Source of the DNA: Eledone cirrhosa
Taxonomy: Eukaryota
DNA length: 64,000 nt
Assembly (NCBI GenBank): GCA_964016885.1
Contig: OZ024759.1
Span: 34,224,001 to 34,288,000 of the forward strand
Direction: 5' to 3'
Shown here: positions 13,353-26,963 of the stretch, one piece after another
Numbering within the stretch: position 1 is the stretch's first letter
Layout: each line of letters begins with the position of its first letter
Program-made: the position numbers and the translations under genes
Notes under the pieces: generated by a model
What the model was told of the DNA's origin: nothing
The model's input: only the letters and a program-made list of their open reading frames with translations
The model's database searches: none

Positions 13353-13607
13353 AAACCATATTTATTTTGTTATACATATTTCAAGGACAACCAAGGCAAA
13401 TTATGGTGCGCTTTCATCAGATAAAATACAGATTTGTTTTAAAAATAAGGTTGTCTTTTTTTCCGGGTATGTCAATATTTATTTATAAAACAAATCTGTA
13501 TTTTATCTGATGAAAGCGCACCATAATTTGCCTTGGTTGCCCTTCAAATATGTATAATATAATAAATATGGTTTTATAAATATAGTTTCCATTTATTAAT
13601 ATATTGT
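13353..13607. mobile_element. Hairpin element family B: inverted repeat 13353-13448 / 13479-13574 with a hammerhead-like motif in each arm
   Basis: CTGATGA at 13507 (+) and 13414-13420 (-). GAAA is intact on the minus copy and reads CAAA on the plus copy. Homologous to 22939-23195 and 56265-56418. Confidence 0.7.
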
Positions 13608-13679
13608 ATATATATATATATATTTATTAAAATAACAGATTAAAGTTTAAGCAAAGAATCGCTGCTTTCACCCTTAACT

Positions 13680-13723
<44 letters not shown>

Positions 13724-13934
13724 GCATAGTGATAAGAAATGTATGTATTGGAATCGGTAACCGACTTTTTTCCCACCCAATAATCTAAACAATGATAATC
13801 AATACACTATTGTATTTGACCTTTATCTAAGGTCAGAAATGTTTCTGGCCAATTACGAGTCATTTTTGGCACTAACTGATGCATGAAATATATAACGCCG
13901 CATCGGATCTTAGAAATGAACCGCGCTTTCATAT

Positions 13935-13965
<31 letters not shown>

Positions 13966-13986
13966 ATATATTCATATATATATATT

Positions 13987-14149
<163 letters not shown>

Positions 14150-14535
14150 ATATATACATAAGCATGTATATATTTATGTATGTGACACTGTGCTTGAGTA
14201 TGAACAGACATATTTTTATAAATATATACATGCACGTATTTATGTATTTATGTGTATATGTGAATATGTATACAAGAATATATATATATGTATGTGGGTG
14301 TGGGTGTATGCGTGTTTTCTGAGTATCTCTGTGATGTGGTTGTGTCTAAATAGCTTATGGAAAGACTGATATGTACATGTCACATCCTCCACATACACAC
14401 ACACGCATGTATATGTATATATATATATATATATAAGTATATATACATATATATATGTGTGTGTCTATACATATATGTATAGACATATATATATGTATAT
14501 ATATATGTGTGTATATATGTATATATATATATGTA

Positions 14536-14582
<47 letters not shown>

Positions 14583-14650
14583 ATACGTATATATATGCAT
14601 ACATATACACGTATATATATATATATAAATATATATACATACACACCCAA

Positions 14651-14681
<31 letters not shown>

Positions 14682-15079
14682 CACTTTATCACCTTTTTCT
14701 TGCAATGTCTGTGTCATTTATCAAAGTCGAATGACTATCTGGCATCGTTGAACCCAGAGTTAACGAGAATCATTTCATGTCCCTCCGTATCAGTGTGTGT
14801 ATATACATGTAAGCATGTGTGTATGTGTATATATTAACATATATGTGAGCCTCTGTGTGTGTGCGCGTGTGTTCCGTTATGTCATATATATGTTTTTACA
14901 AATATAGTTACGCCTTACTTTCTAATTATCTGATCATGTTTTTTTGTTATTTTTTGTAAAGTTTTCTCTATATTTTTCTAAATATATTTTTTTCAAAATC
15001 TCTCTGATGTAACTACATTCAATTAAATTTAACCATAGTATTGTTATTATTATTTTTATTATTATTATTAGCCAATAAC

Positions 15080-15702
15080 CAGTGGAATGGCAGTAGCGGC
15101 AGAACGTCGAACCCCATGCTTTGTGGCATAGAGTTACGGTCCTTTATAATCTGAGTTCAAATCCTGCCGAGGTTAACTTTGCCTTTCATCCTTACGAGGT
15201 CGAGAAAATAAAGTACCACCAGTTAACCTCGGCGGGATTTGAACTCAGACTATGAAGGGCCGTAACCATTGATAATAATAATAATAGTTTCTAGTCTAGG
15301 CACAAGGCCAGTAATTTGGAGGAAGGGGAAGTGCATTACTGGTACTTTATTTTATCGACCCCGTCAGGATAAAAGGCAAAGGTAACCTCAGCGTGATATG
15401 AAGTAACAATGTGAAAGGTCGTAGGTAACTCTTTGCCTCAACGCATATTCTGACGATTTACCGATATCGACCTCTCTAATAATAATAACAATGATTTCTT
15501 ATATAGGCACAAGGCCAGTAATTTGGGGAGGGCGAGTCCATTAAAGCGACCCCAGTGCGTGACTGGTACTTTATTTTATCGAGCGCCTATGGATAAAAGG
15601 CAAAGTTAACCTCGGTGTTATTTGAACACAGACCGTAAAGAGTTCGTACGTAATTCTATGCCACGAAGCATAATAGCTGACGCTTCAGCGATATCCACCA
15701 CT
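15080..15702. mobile_element. Cluster of four SINE copies/fragments (+ 15080-15218; - 15221-15266, 15285-15475, 15492-15702)
   Basis: B-box GAGTTCAAATCC and conserved core/3' motifs. Confidence 0.85.
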
Positions 15703-16845
15703 TTGATAATAATAATATTAATAATGATAATAATGATAACGTTAATAATAATGGTGATAATGATGGTGATAATAATGGTGATAATGATGGTGATAATGAT
15801 GATATTGATAAGAAAAATGAAGGGTTTTCATCCGAAAGACGAGAAAAGCATTTATGACTTGAAAAGTTCTTCCGATTTGGGGATATTTTTTCTATTATCT
15901 TTCATAAAATAAAATTAAAATGAAGATACATTACATCTGATTAATTTCTCAGCCATATTCGTTAGTATGTGCTAAATGTAGGTATTCCCACAGTGATCGA
16001 TATTGATCTGGACTCTTTAATGAGATCCTAAAAGGAACGAATAAAGATTTAAGAGGGAGGGGGATGGGTTTCATAAGAAAGACGGAAAAAAGAAAAATAA
16101 TCACTCACAGAAACACACACACATTCATACTCACTGAAACACACATACACTCACTCAAACACATACAATCATACTCATTGAAACGCACACACACTCACTC
16201 AAATATCCACACATACACACACAAAATGCTCACAAACTCACACAAATACACACGCACTCTCTGACACACACACACAAAATATTTACACACACTCACTCAA
16301 ATACGCACACACGCAAACACACACTAACGTACACATCGACAAATTAAACGAAAATACATTTTTATAGGATAAAATATAGACAAAAATATAGATAAAAATA
16401 AATATAAAAAGGAAATAAAAAATTAAAATGAAAATTAACAAAATATAAAAGCAAATATATGTAATATATAAATTATGTAAAATTATTTTTAAAAATACGT
16501 CGTAAATTTTGTCGTTCATTCACCTGCTTTTCATTTTTGTTTTCGTTAGTATTCTTTATATTTTTGCGGTTAATCAGGATTTTCGAGTTTTTATGTAATT
16601 CATTTCAATGTTTCTATTTCATACCAAATATTTCCTTTTTGTTGTCAATGTTTTTGTTGTCGTGGTTCCTTTATTTGAGTGTGGTGGGGCCGAGGATGAA
16701 ATGTATGGTGGGGAATGTATGTTATTTTAGTGGGAATATTCAAGATAATAATAATCTTGTGATCTTACAGAAATTCTGCCAAACTTATCTAAAAGGCATT
16801 AACATCAATCTACAAGCATACATACATAAACACACGTATACATAT

Positions 16846-17039
16846 GTATATATATATATTTATATATATATATATTTGTATATGTGCATATATATACACA
16901 TATATATGCATATATACATATATATATATAAATATATATACATGTATATATAAATATATATACATATATATGTATACATATATATATATATGCATATATA
17001 TATGTATATATGCATATATATATATATATGTATATATGC

Positions 17040-17071
<32 letters not shown>

Positions 17072-17253
17072 GTATATATGCATATATATATATACATATA
17101 TATACATATATATATATATATGCATATATATAAATATGCATATATATATATGCATATATATATATATGCATATATATATATATATGCATATATATATATA
17201 TATATATGCATATATATATATATATATATATATGCATATATATATATGCATAA

Positions 17254-17285
<32 letters not shown>

Positions 17286-17395
17286 GCATATATATATATG
17301 CATAAATATATATATACATATATATATATATATGCATATATATATATATGCATATATATATATATATATGCATATATATATATATATATGCATAA

Positions 17396-17445
<50 letters not shown>

Positions 17446-17447
17446 GC

Positions 17448-17504
<57 letters not shown>

Positions 17505-17505
17505 T
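16846..17505. repeat. (TA)n with TATGCATA variants, followed by (GA)n
   Basis: Directly visible. Confidence 0.95.
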
Positions 17506-18095
17506 AATCTAGAATTTGAAAGATTATCTATCTATCCGTCTTTCGTTTTATGGTTAGGTACAGGGGATGGAATTTGGGGTGGAATGGAGGGACAGATAGT
17601 GGTCGGGTAGGTTTGATGCAGTAAAACCTGCTTTTCTATCTTCAACCATATCTCTTCCCCTAGAACAACTCATCAGCATCCTTAGTATCTCCAATAAATT
17701 AACAGTATACGTGTAAGAAGGATGAAAGAAGACACAAACAAAACAGGCGAAATAAATCTGAGAAAATCTTTTTAAAAATAATGAATTAAGTCAGAGAAAT
17801 ATAGTGAAACAGAAACTGACTAATCTAGAACAAAATGAAAAATAATATGATTGTGAATATCGTGTATAATGAGCCGATATATCAGACATTTAGAAAGAGC
17901 GGGGAAGATAAAGTCAATATAAAGAATGATGTGCTCCTGCAAAGATATGCTATAAAATAGTTTATAAAATAAAGTGAAGGTTTTAGCCGGTATATGGGAG
18001 ATACAGTGTTCTATTCCTCATAGCGTCTGATAGCAATTCCATTTTCCCTCTTGAAAAGGGTCTTCATCCTATTTGTTAATCTATTATATAGAATA

Positions 18096-18284
18096 GGGTG
18101 GTGGATTCGCAGTATCGATAGAGCATCAGACATCATGCTTTGCAGCATAGAATTTTGGACCTTTATTTTCTGACTTCAATTCCCGCTGAGATTAGCTTTG
18201 CCTTTCAACCTTACGTGGCCGATAAAAGCACCAATAACACGCTCGGGTAGATTGCTGGCCTTGTGCTAAAAGTAGAAACAATTG
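18096..18284 (+). mobile_element. Diverged full-length SINE copy
   Basis: GGTGGATTCGCAGTATCG...CTTTGCCTTTCAACCTTACG...GGCCTTGTGCTAAAAGTAGAAACAATT. Confidence 0.8.
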
Positions 18285-18866
18285 TATAGAACATTTTTTT
18301 ATCATTGTTAACAGACATTTTGTATTGGATACTGTCTCTGAGGGTTCGAAACTTATAGGAATGTATGTGTAAGTGCCAACATGATTATACATGAGAGTGT
18401 ATATAAACAAATATACTTAGTAAAGAAAAGTATTTAAGGCTATTCAACAGAATTCGTAATGTAATCGGCCTGTCTCCCCACAGCCCCGTCGGACAGAATA
18501 GAGAAGGTGTTTCCCCGGAGGACGGCAAGGGAGACGCGCTGGAAAAGCCACTTCAACACACGCGGCTCGCTTGTAGGAATGTTACTGTAGCTAATGTTGT
18601 TGCTGTTTTATTTGTTGACGTCCGGAGAAACGTCTAACATGTACTTTCATCTTCTCACTATCTATCCTTCTATTTCAGCTTTTATTATTCAGTCTATCTT
18701 CCGATGAAAGAATTGCGTCCAAAACGGTAGGCTTTTTTCCGATTATTTTAAGAGAGAGAGGAGGGAGGAGAAATGAGGGGGAACAGAAATGAAACATGGA
18801 TTACATATTAAAATATAGTCTAGATAGATGTGAAACAAAACGAGGATGGAGTTTATGGAACACCCA

Positions 18867-19328
18867 AATGAGTTAGAAGTCGACCCTAAGTAGGTGCAAT
18901 AACATTAGGAAACACATGAACGACACCACAACACTTTGTTTTGAAAGTAGGTTTATAAGTCTGAATTTTCATAAGATTTTCGTAGTTGTCTCAGTAGCTT
19001 AGCGGTAAGTACTGGAGACGGTGGAGATCCTGGTCTTGAGTTCAATCCTGGTCAAGCGGCACATGTAACATTTTTCAGTTTTTATTTTACAACCATAGAA
19101 AAAAACTGAAAATGTTTACCAGGAACCCTACTCCCGATCAAGATCGAACTTCAGGACAGGAGCACCACCGTCTATGATTTCCCCCACTCGGCCACCGAGA
19201 CAACTACAAAAGTACAATGAAAATTGATAATTAAAAACCTACTTTCAAAATCAAAGTTAAAAAGATGTGGTGTGGTTCATGGCTTTCCTAGAGCTATTAG
19301 TACTATTTAGGGTTGAGTTCTGGTCATT
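18867..19328. mobile_element. Old fold-back/MITE-like element with a tRNA-like Pol III A/B-box segment in each arm
   Basis: Diverged inverted arms of ~220 bp (TTTTGAAAGTAGGTTT / AAACCTACTTTCAAAA, GTAGTTGTCTC / GAGACAACTAC, CATTTTTCAGTTTTT / AAAAACTGAAAATG). Confidence 0.7.
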
Positions 19329-19890
19329 ATTGAAAGTCTCTGGATTTCACAAAATACATAATATTTTTTATTGGAGAAGGTAGGATATTTTTCCGCAAAA
19401 ATTTGATTGCAGCGTTTTGTTTCCACTTATGTATTTTTCGAAAATGTTATTTATTCAATTTAAAAATTAAACGATAGCATTCTATATGTAGGTGGGCCCC
19501 CTTCATCTCCTGGTAACCAATATTTTTAGACACAGTTCGCCACTGTATACATATTTATGAGTGTGTGTTTGTGTTTTTGCATATATATATATATATCTAT
19601 TATGTGTACCATAGACATATATATATATATATATATATGGGAGTGTGTGTATGTTTGTGCATGGGTGTGTGTATATAAATATATATACGTGTGTGTGGGT
19701 GTGTTAGAACAAAATCCCATACTTCAGCTCATTCGACAGTTAAGTTAAGGTATAATTTCCATGAGAAATAATCCTTGATCGATACTAGACGTGAATAGGT
19801 GTGGCGGTGGGGTGGAATTGGCAAAGGGATTCATTGAGCCACCTATACATGCAGGACTTTCGCCTTTTTGTTTTGCTATATATATATATG

Positions 19891-19940
<50 letters not shown>

Positions 19941-20004
19941 TATATATATGATATACTTATTTACATATATATACATGTATATATATATATGTAAATAAGT
20001 ATAT

Positions 20005-20061
<57 letters not shown>

Positions 20062-21071
20062 AAGTATATTATGTATATATATATTTATGTGTGTGGGGGG
20101 GGGTGTAAATAAGTATATTATATATATATATATATTTATATGTGTGTGTGTGTCTGTGGGGGAGTGGGGGTGGATGTGTGTGTGTGTGTGTAAATAAGTA
20201 TATTATATATATATATATATTATTTTCGGGAAAAGTGTATAATGCGTATATAATACGTCATTAGACATATAATCCATGAAATATTTATTTCTACTTTATA
20301 AGAGTATTGAGTGCTCTTTGTATGTCTGTCCAAACACCAGTTTTACTACGAAACCTTCTTGTGTAATTGTTGTAAGGCCAAATACTTCGCCTTACAAAGA
20401 ACCACTTTCAAAAGAATGCACTGAATTCCTCTATTTCCTGAAAGCATAATCCTTGAAAATGTCGATATATTTCTCAATAGGAACCGATTTTCTTCTATAA
20501 TGTCTTTCTTGAAAATATCGCAGACATTATGCTAACCTTCTGCCTATCGAGAATGTAATTCAAATATGCAAGCATTGAAATGATGCAATGAAAATTCAAT
20601 AGAACGATTTGTCCTGACACCGCAATTTATTTACCAAAAGTAATCTACCTTTATAACACAATTTATAACAAATACATCATCCGGTGGGTATCTTCATAGA
20701 AGGAAAATGTCGTCCAACCGACCTTCAGCATTTATATGTCACACTGCTTCCTACTCTTCTAGAAACATTAATATGTTGATGATATCAAGTTACTATACAA
20801 ACTGTTAGAGTAAGAAATGGTGGACATTGGTTTCAGCTTCGGTTTCATTACATCATATATATAATTATATATATATATATAATTATATATAGATATATAT
20901 ATATAGATATATAATTATATATTTAGATATATATATAGATATATATAATTATATATTTAGATATATATATAGATATATATAATTATATATTTATATATTT
21001 ATATATATATATATATATGTATATATTATATATGTATATATATATATATATATATGTATATATTATATATG

Positions 21072-21124
<53 letters not shown>

Positions 21125-21135
21125 GTATATATATG

Positions 21136-21188
<53 letters not shown>

Positions 21189-21260
21189 TTAGATAGATAG
21201 ATATGTATGTATATATCTACATTATATATGTATGTATATATCTATATTTATATTATTTAC

Positions 21261-21336
<76 letters not shown>

Positions 21337-21458
21337 ATGTGTGTACATCTATATATATGTGTGAGTTTGTACACATATAAAAGGGAGGAAGAATGATATA
21401 TTTATATATATGTTTGTATGTATGTGTGTGTATATGCATATAAAAGGGAGACAGAAGG

Positions 21459-21509
<51 letters not shown>

Positions 21510-22070
21510 ACATTTCTGCTTATAATTAAGAAACGTGAATTATTCTTCGATGTTCTTCTCAGGTCTTCTGTTACATTTCTGTTGATTCATTTCAATAAAA
21601 CGTTTGGAATATTTCCAGCTTATATACAAAACGATCGGATATTACATTTCTTGTTTGTTTATTTCCTTATGTAACGTATTACTTAATCCTTTTATTACCA
21701 TATTGCTAATACAAGATACTGCGTTATGATTCTCAAATCTAGAGGGCTTTAATAATATAACACATTCTCCCGGGCTTATGTTACTGTTACCTTTCTAAGG
21801 AATGGGAATTTAGCCAGTATTCAAACCAGTTCTAGTAAGATAAACTGTGTCTATGATCTCCTGCCATTAGATAAATATCCACAGGGCTTTGTTAAAATAT
21901 TTTGAAATCATATCAGTAGTATTATCAAGACCGGACATTTCTTTTTCTCAAGGGATGTATTTGATTATTCTGCTGAAAATTTAATCGTCAGGTTTAGGGT
22001 TAGAGTTAAGGTTAGAGTTTGGCAATACAAAACACTTGGAGAAATATACGAATTTCTGCCACGTACTTAT

Positions 22071-22238
22071 TTGGCAGTATCGGTAGAGGGTCGCACGCCA
22101 TGCTTTCCAGCAAAGAGTTACGTCCTATTATGGTCTGAGTTTTAACTTTGCCTTTCATCCTTACGGGGTTGAGGAAATAAAGTACCAGTAATACACTGGG
22201 ATACGTGCTGGCTTTGTGCCAAAAGTAGAAACAATTAT
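22071..22238 (+). mobile_element. SINE copy with internal deletion
   Basis: TGGCAGTATCGGTAGAGGGTCG...GCCTTTCATCCTTACGGGG...GCCAAAAGTAGAAACAATTAT. Confidence 0.85.
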
Positions 22239-22471
22239 ATTGTGCGACAGACGCGGGCGAGACTTTGTAAACCATTGCCAATGCATACAATTTGGAGGTG
22301 TGTCTCTTTAATAATTTGAGGACTAGCATTTGTGAAAAACCAAAGAGATCTAAAACACTCTTACTCAGAAGTCATAGACTGAGAATCGTCTATTCATGTT
22401 CGGTATCTATTGAATGTAATGTGTGACAAAGCTTTGTGAGGTGGAGACCTTTCTATCCAGATATGTATATG

Positions 22472-22537
<66 letters not shown>

Positions 22538-22723
22538 TCGTTTCTGAATTTGTTTAGCAAGATTCTTTATCTGAAAAGATGTGTTGAAACCGATATTATT
22601 ATGCTTTGGGTGGGTCATGTTGCCAATAAAAAACACACGCACCAATTGCTTTCACTCCAATTTATTATAAATAAAATTTATAAATTTAAGAATTTATAAA
22701 TTTCCGGCTGGTTGGTTGGTTCT
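22538..22723 (-). mobile_element. TA-embedded repeat family C (also 25819-26030 and 6667-6692)
   Basis: Shared TCGTTTCTGAATTTGTTTAGCAAGATTCTTTATCTGAAA end and ...CTTTGGG.GGGTCATGTTGCCAATAA. Confidence 0.75.
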
Positions 22724-22748
22724 ACAACCGGACGGTTGTTCATATATT

Positions 22749-22791
22749 GTCAAAGTTCTTTCGTCACACATTCTGGGACCTCTTCGGTGAC
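22749..22791 (-). ncRNA. Minimal hammerhead-like motif (U4C core)
   Basis: Minus strand: GTCA-CCGAAGA-G-GTC(11 nt)GAC-GAAA-GAAC-TT-TGAC. Confidence 0.5.
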
Positions 22792-22855
22792 TGGGGATTA
22801 TTTTCTTTGTTTTGTGCCTCTCCTTTGTTTTGTCCTACGCCATCTTATTTTTTTC

Positions 22856-22891
<36 letters not shown>

Positions 22892-22906
22892 CATATATAT
22901 ATAACA

Positions 22907-22938
<32 letters not shown>

Positions 22939-23192
22939 GATGAACTTAAAACGATAAGTTCTTGTCTTTTGGATATGTCACTATTTATAAAACAACTTTT
23001 GTATTTTACCTGATGAGGGCGTACCAAAATGTTGGTACCCTTGAAATATATATAATAAAATAAATATGGTTTTATAAATATAGTTTCTATTTATTAATAT
23101 AATTGATATTATACTCCAGAAGAAACTGTAGAGTGCTTCGAATCTGTCATAATTAAATTTGTTGAATAACCAACAAATTAAATATCTCTTTG

Positions 23193-23195
<3 letters not shown>
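22939..23195 (+). mobile_element. Family B element with tail; hammerhead-like motif at 23004-23060
   Basis: CTGATGA-GGGCGTACC(AAAATGTT)GGTACCCTT-GAAA-TATA-TA. The downstream AATAAATATGGTTTTATAAATATAGTTTC is shared with 13561 and 56373. Flanked by (TA)n on both sides. Confidence 0.7.
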
Positions 23196-23244
<49 letters not shown>

Positions 23245-23408
23245 GTAATAATAATAAATTTGAAGATAATGTCCAAAGAGGGCTCGATAAGGATAAATAT
23301 ATATCTGTTATTTTAATAAATATATATATATATATATGCAACTATACATATACATATTCACACACGGTGATAACTGTCTCTCTTTCTCTCTTTCTCTCTC
23401 TCTCTCTC

Positions 23409-23446
<38 letters not shown>

Positions 23447-24679
23447 TCTTTCCCCCTCTCTCTCCCCCTCTCTTTCTCTCTCTCTCTTCTGTATTATATC
23501 CTGATTCCATTTATTTTTTCTACGAATAAGAATAAATTATTTCACACTACATTATTTCATCGTTTACTCAGGAAGGGGTGCAGTTGTTACAAACCCTAAC
23601 CCCATTCCATCCTCTGCCACTAGTGTGATGGAGGGATTAAATTATCCCCAAGCATGAGATATTGGATCAAATGGTTGCAATGGAATGGACAGTGTATGTT
23701 AGATCTATCTTTGCATAATCACTTTTACTCAAATTATATATATGATCATGTTGTTATATGCGTGTTGATGATAGCTATATAACATGATATAAACTAGTCT
23801 AGATTCTAATAGTAGAGATGATAGGCAGCTGTGAATTATTTTCATGGCGAATAATGTATGAGATCCTGTTATGCAATAGTGCACCCCCTAACGAAACGGT
23901 GATCAGAAACAATGGTAGGTGCACAAGTAGAACATTTAGTATTCATACGAAATTCAAACAATTGAAAACACCAAATTGTATCTACACATGATATCTGCTG
24001 TTGTAGTTCATTTTCCCGTTGTTCTGGTTGATAATTGTCCTGTGGGGTCTGTTCTTGATCTTGGTGGTATATGTTCAAATCTTGACAAAGTTCTATTTGA
24101 CTCTTATTCTTACAGGTCGACATATAAAAGACAACTTCATGGTGAGTGTATCTAATCAAGCACCGACCTCATTCCTTCCATTGCTGTTGCTATCTAGTTG
24201 TCGCAACTACTCGAAGAGTGAGCAACGTGAAATAAAGTGCCTTGTTGAAGGAGATAACGCATCGCCCAGTTAGGGAATCCAATTGTAAACTCCTGATTGC
24301 AAATCAAATTCTCTAGCCACAAATACAAAAGGGTTGTATGATGTATTATTTCAGGGTTTCTTCTCGGGGTCTGCGTTCCCTGAGTACAATGCCCGCTTCC
24401 TATCTGCAGATAAACATCCAACTGAGTTTATCAGTAGTGCAAATAGCAATGGAAAATACTCTATACTTCATCGGAAATGGAGATCGTCTCCGTTTTGTTT
24501 TTAGTCAGGGTTATTTTTTCTCCGAAAAGACGAAAAGATGCCTCCAAATATTGTTGCATAATTAAAGTTTTATTAAAAAAAATGGCGGATTCTAACTCGT
24601 TGAAACATTTCTCATTGAATTGAAATATAAATAAGTATAAAACTTATTTTTTCTACCAAGTGCAATTATAGACACACAT

Positions 24680-24716
<37 letters not shown>

Positions 24717-25246
24717 TATGTATGTATAAGAATAAATCGATATTGATATATATATATATACAATTTTTAAAATAGACATATACATATATACACACATTAC
24801 ATAGATTACATACATATAAACATACACACATTCTCGCTTGGAAGCATATATACAAATATATGTATATATGTAAATATGACATTTGTATTCAGGAAAAATA
24901 TCTTCACATGAATAAGGTGTTAATTCGCCGGATGTAAGTCACAAAATAGATTTAGCGAGAAAACCAAAATGTCATCAATTTCTTTTCTTCATAAGATAAG
25001 AAATTATTGCCATTTTTTTTAAATAGATACTTATATATATATATATATATATAGATGATGATGATGATGATGATGGTATATGTTATTATTACTATTTCAT
25101 ATTTTTGTTAACAGGAAGTGGCGTCAACTTCATTAGTTATATCCAATCGGATGTCTATACGGGGGCAGAAACGCAATCACAAGCTAGGCAACCATATAAA
25201 GGAAACTTTCAACCAAGCAACCAGGCACGAACACGAACACAACACA

Positions 25247-25347
<101 letters not shown>

Positions 25348-25481
25348 TATATATGAATCACTGCAAGGTGAATAAGTTGAGTTCAACTTGACTTGTGTGG
25401 TTCCATCTCTCCGTAAGTTCTTCCTTGTAGTAAAGAATGTAATAATACACTCACACACACACAAACGCGCACACACGCACA

Positions 25482-25547
<66 letters not shown>

Positions 25548-25589
25548 CCTTATCGAGCCCTCTTCCAATTTTAATCTTCATATTTATTA

Positions 25590-25773
25590 TTGGCAGTATT
25601 GGTAGAGGGTCGGACGCCATGCTTTGAAGCATAGAGTTACGTCCCTTTATGATCTGAGTTCAAATCCCGCCGAGGTTAACTTTGCCTTTCATCCTTACGG
25701 TGTCGATAAAATAAAGTACCAGTAATACCGTGGGGTAATATACTGGCCCTGTGCCAAAAGTAGAAACAATTAT
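25590..25773 (+). mobile_element. Near full-length SINE
   Basis: Near-identical to 27333-27524. Confidence 0.9.
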
Positions 25774-25783
25774 TAGTACTAGT

Positions 25784-25818
<35 letters not shown>

Positions 25819-25821
<3 letters not shown>

Positions 25822-26023
25822 TTTCTGAATTTGTTTAGCAAGATTCTTTATCTGAAATCGTGTGTTGAAACCGATATTGTTATACTTTGGAACCAACCAA
25901 CCAACCAGAAATTTATAAGTTTGTAGATTTGTAAATTTATAAATTTATAAATATATAATAAATTGAAGTGAAACCAACTGGTGCGTGTGTTTCTTATTGG
26001 CAACATGACCCTCCCAAAGTATC

Positions 26024-26030
<7 letters not shown>
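25819..26030. mobile_element. Family C element with internal inversion (tail + 17-bp arm, then the inverted long arm)
   Basis: 25874-25890 ATATTGTTATACTTTGG pairs with 26014-26030. 25891-26030 is the reverse complement of 22593-22721. Confidence 0.75.
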
Positions 26031-26081
<51 letters not shown>

Positions 26082-26158
26082 TTATAATAACAGATTAAAT
26101 TTTAAGCAAAGAATCGCTGCTTTCACCCTTATCGGGATCTTCTAAATCTCAATAATCT

Positions 26159-26196
<38 letters not shown>

Positions 26197-26235
26197 TTAA
26201 GCCTCTCTCTCTTATATATATATATTATATATATA

Positions 26236-26276
<41 letters not shown>

Positions 26277-26963
26277 CTAACACTGTGGAGCAGATAGATC
26301 CGTACTATTTACGTTGCCACAGCGTAGTGACGTGGCAGTTTACAAGGTTTCGAGTCAACGTCATAGTAATGTACAGAGGTGCTGTCTGACGAATGACGTA
26401 CGAAGTTCCTCGTAGTCAGCTTGTCTTCAGACTACTATCGTTCAGCTGCCATTGTCGAGATTCTACGCGACCGCCTAAAGAGCCAGAGAAATAAACGTCC
26501 GTGCTTATACTCCCGCCTTACTAATCAAGAGTGTCATATGTCAATTTCTTATTATGACGTCACCTAGTGTTGAACTACGCTTTAAACTATGCATCTATCT
26601 TTCACACACGCACGCACACACACACCTCTCTCTCTCTCTCTCTCTCACACATACATGCACCCTCTCTCTCTCTCTCACACACACACACACCCACACACAC
26701 TGTATTTCTCCTTCAGCATCAACAACAGTAACGACAACAACGCTATAGTGAAAGTCTTTTTTTTTAAGTCTGTCGTCATCACTTTCATTTTGAGGTCATG
26801 GACGATCTGTCTCTCTTCCACACACACACATACATATACACAGACACACACACACAAACACACACACATACACACTCTCTCTCTCTCACTGTGTTTCACT
26901 CTCATCAACAAAGACTGTCCTCTTCTCCTTTTCACTCCTCCCCTTTCCCCTCCTATTTGTATA

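Noticed and set aside
18985-19062. Possible tRNA gene
   Set aside because: A and B boxes are present but there is no proper cloverleaf; it is part of a diverged inverted repeat.
21990-22022. Telomere-like GGTTTAGGGTTAGAGTTAAGGTTAGAG
   Set aside because: Only ~5 degenerate units; insufficient to call an interstitial telomere.
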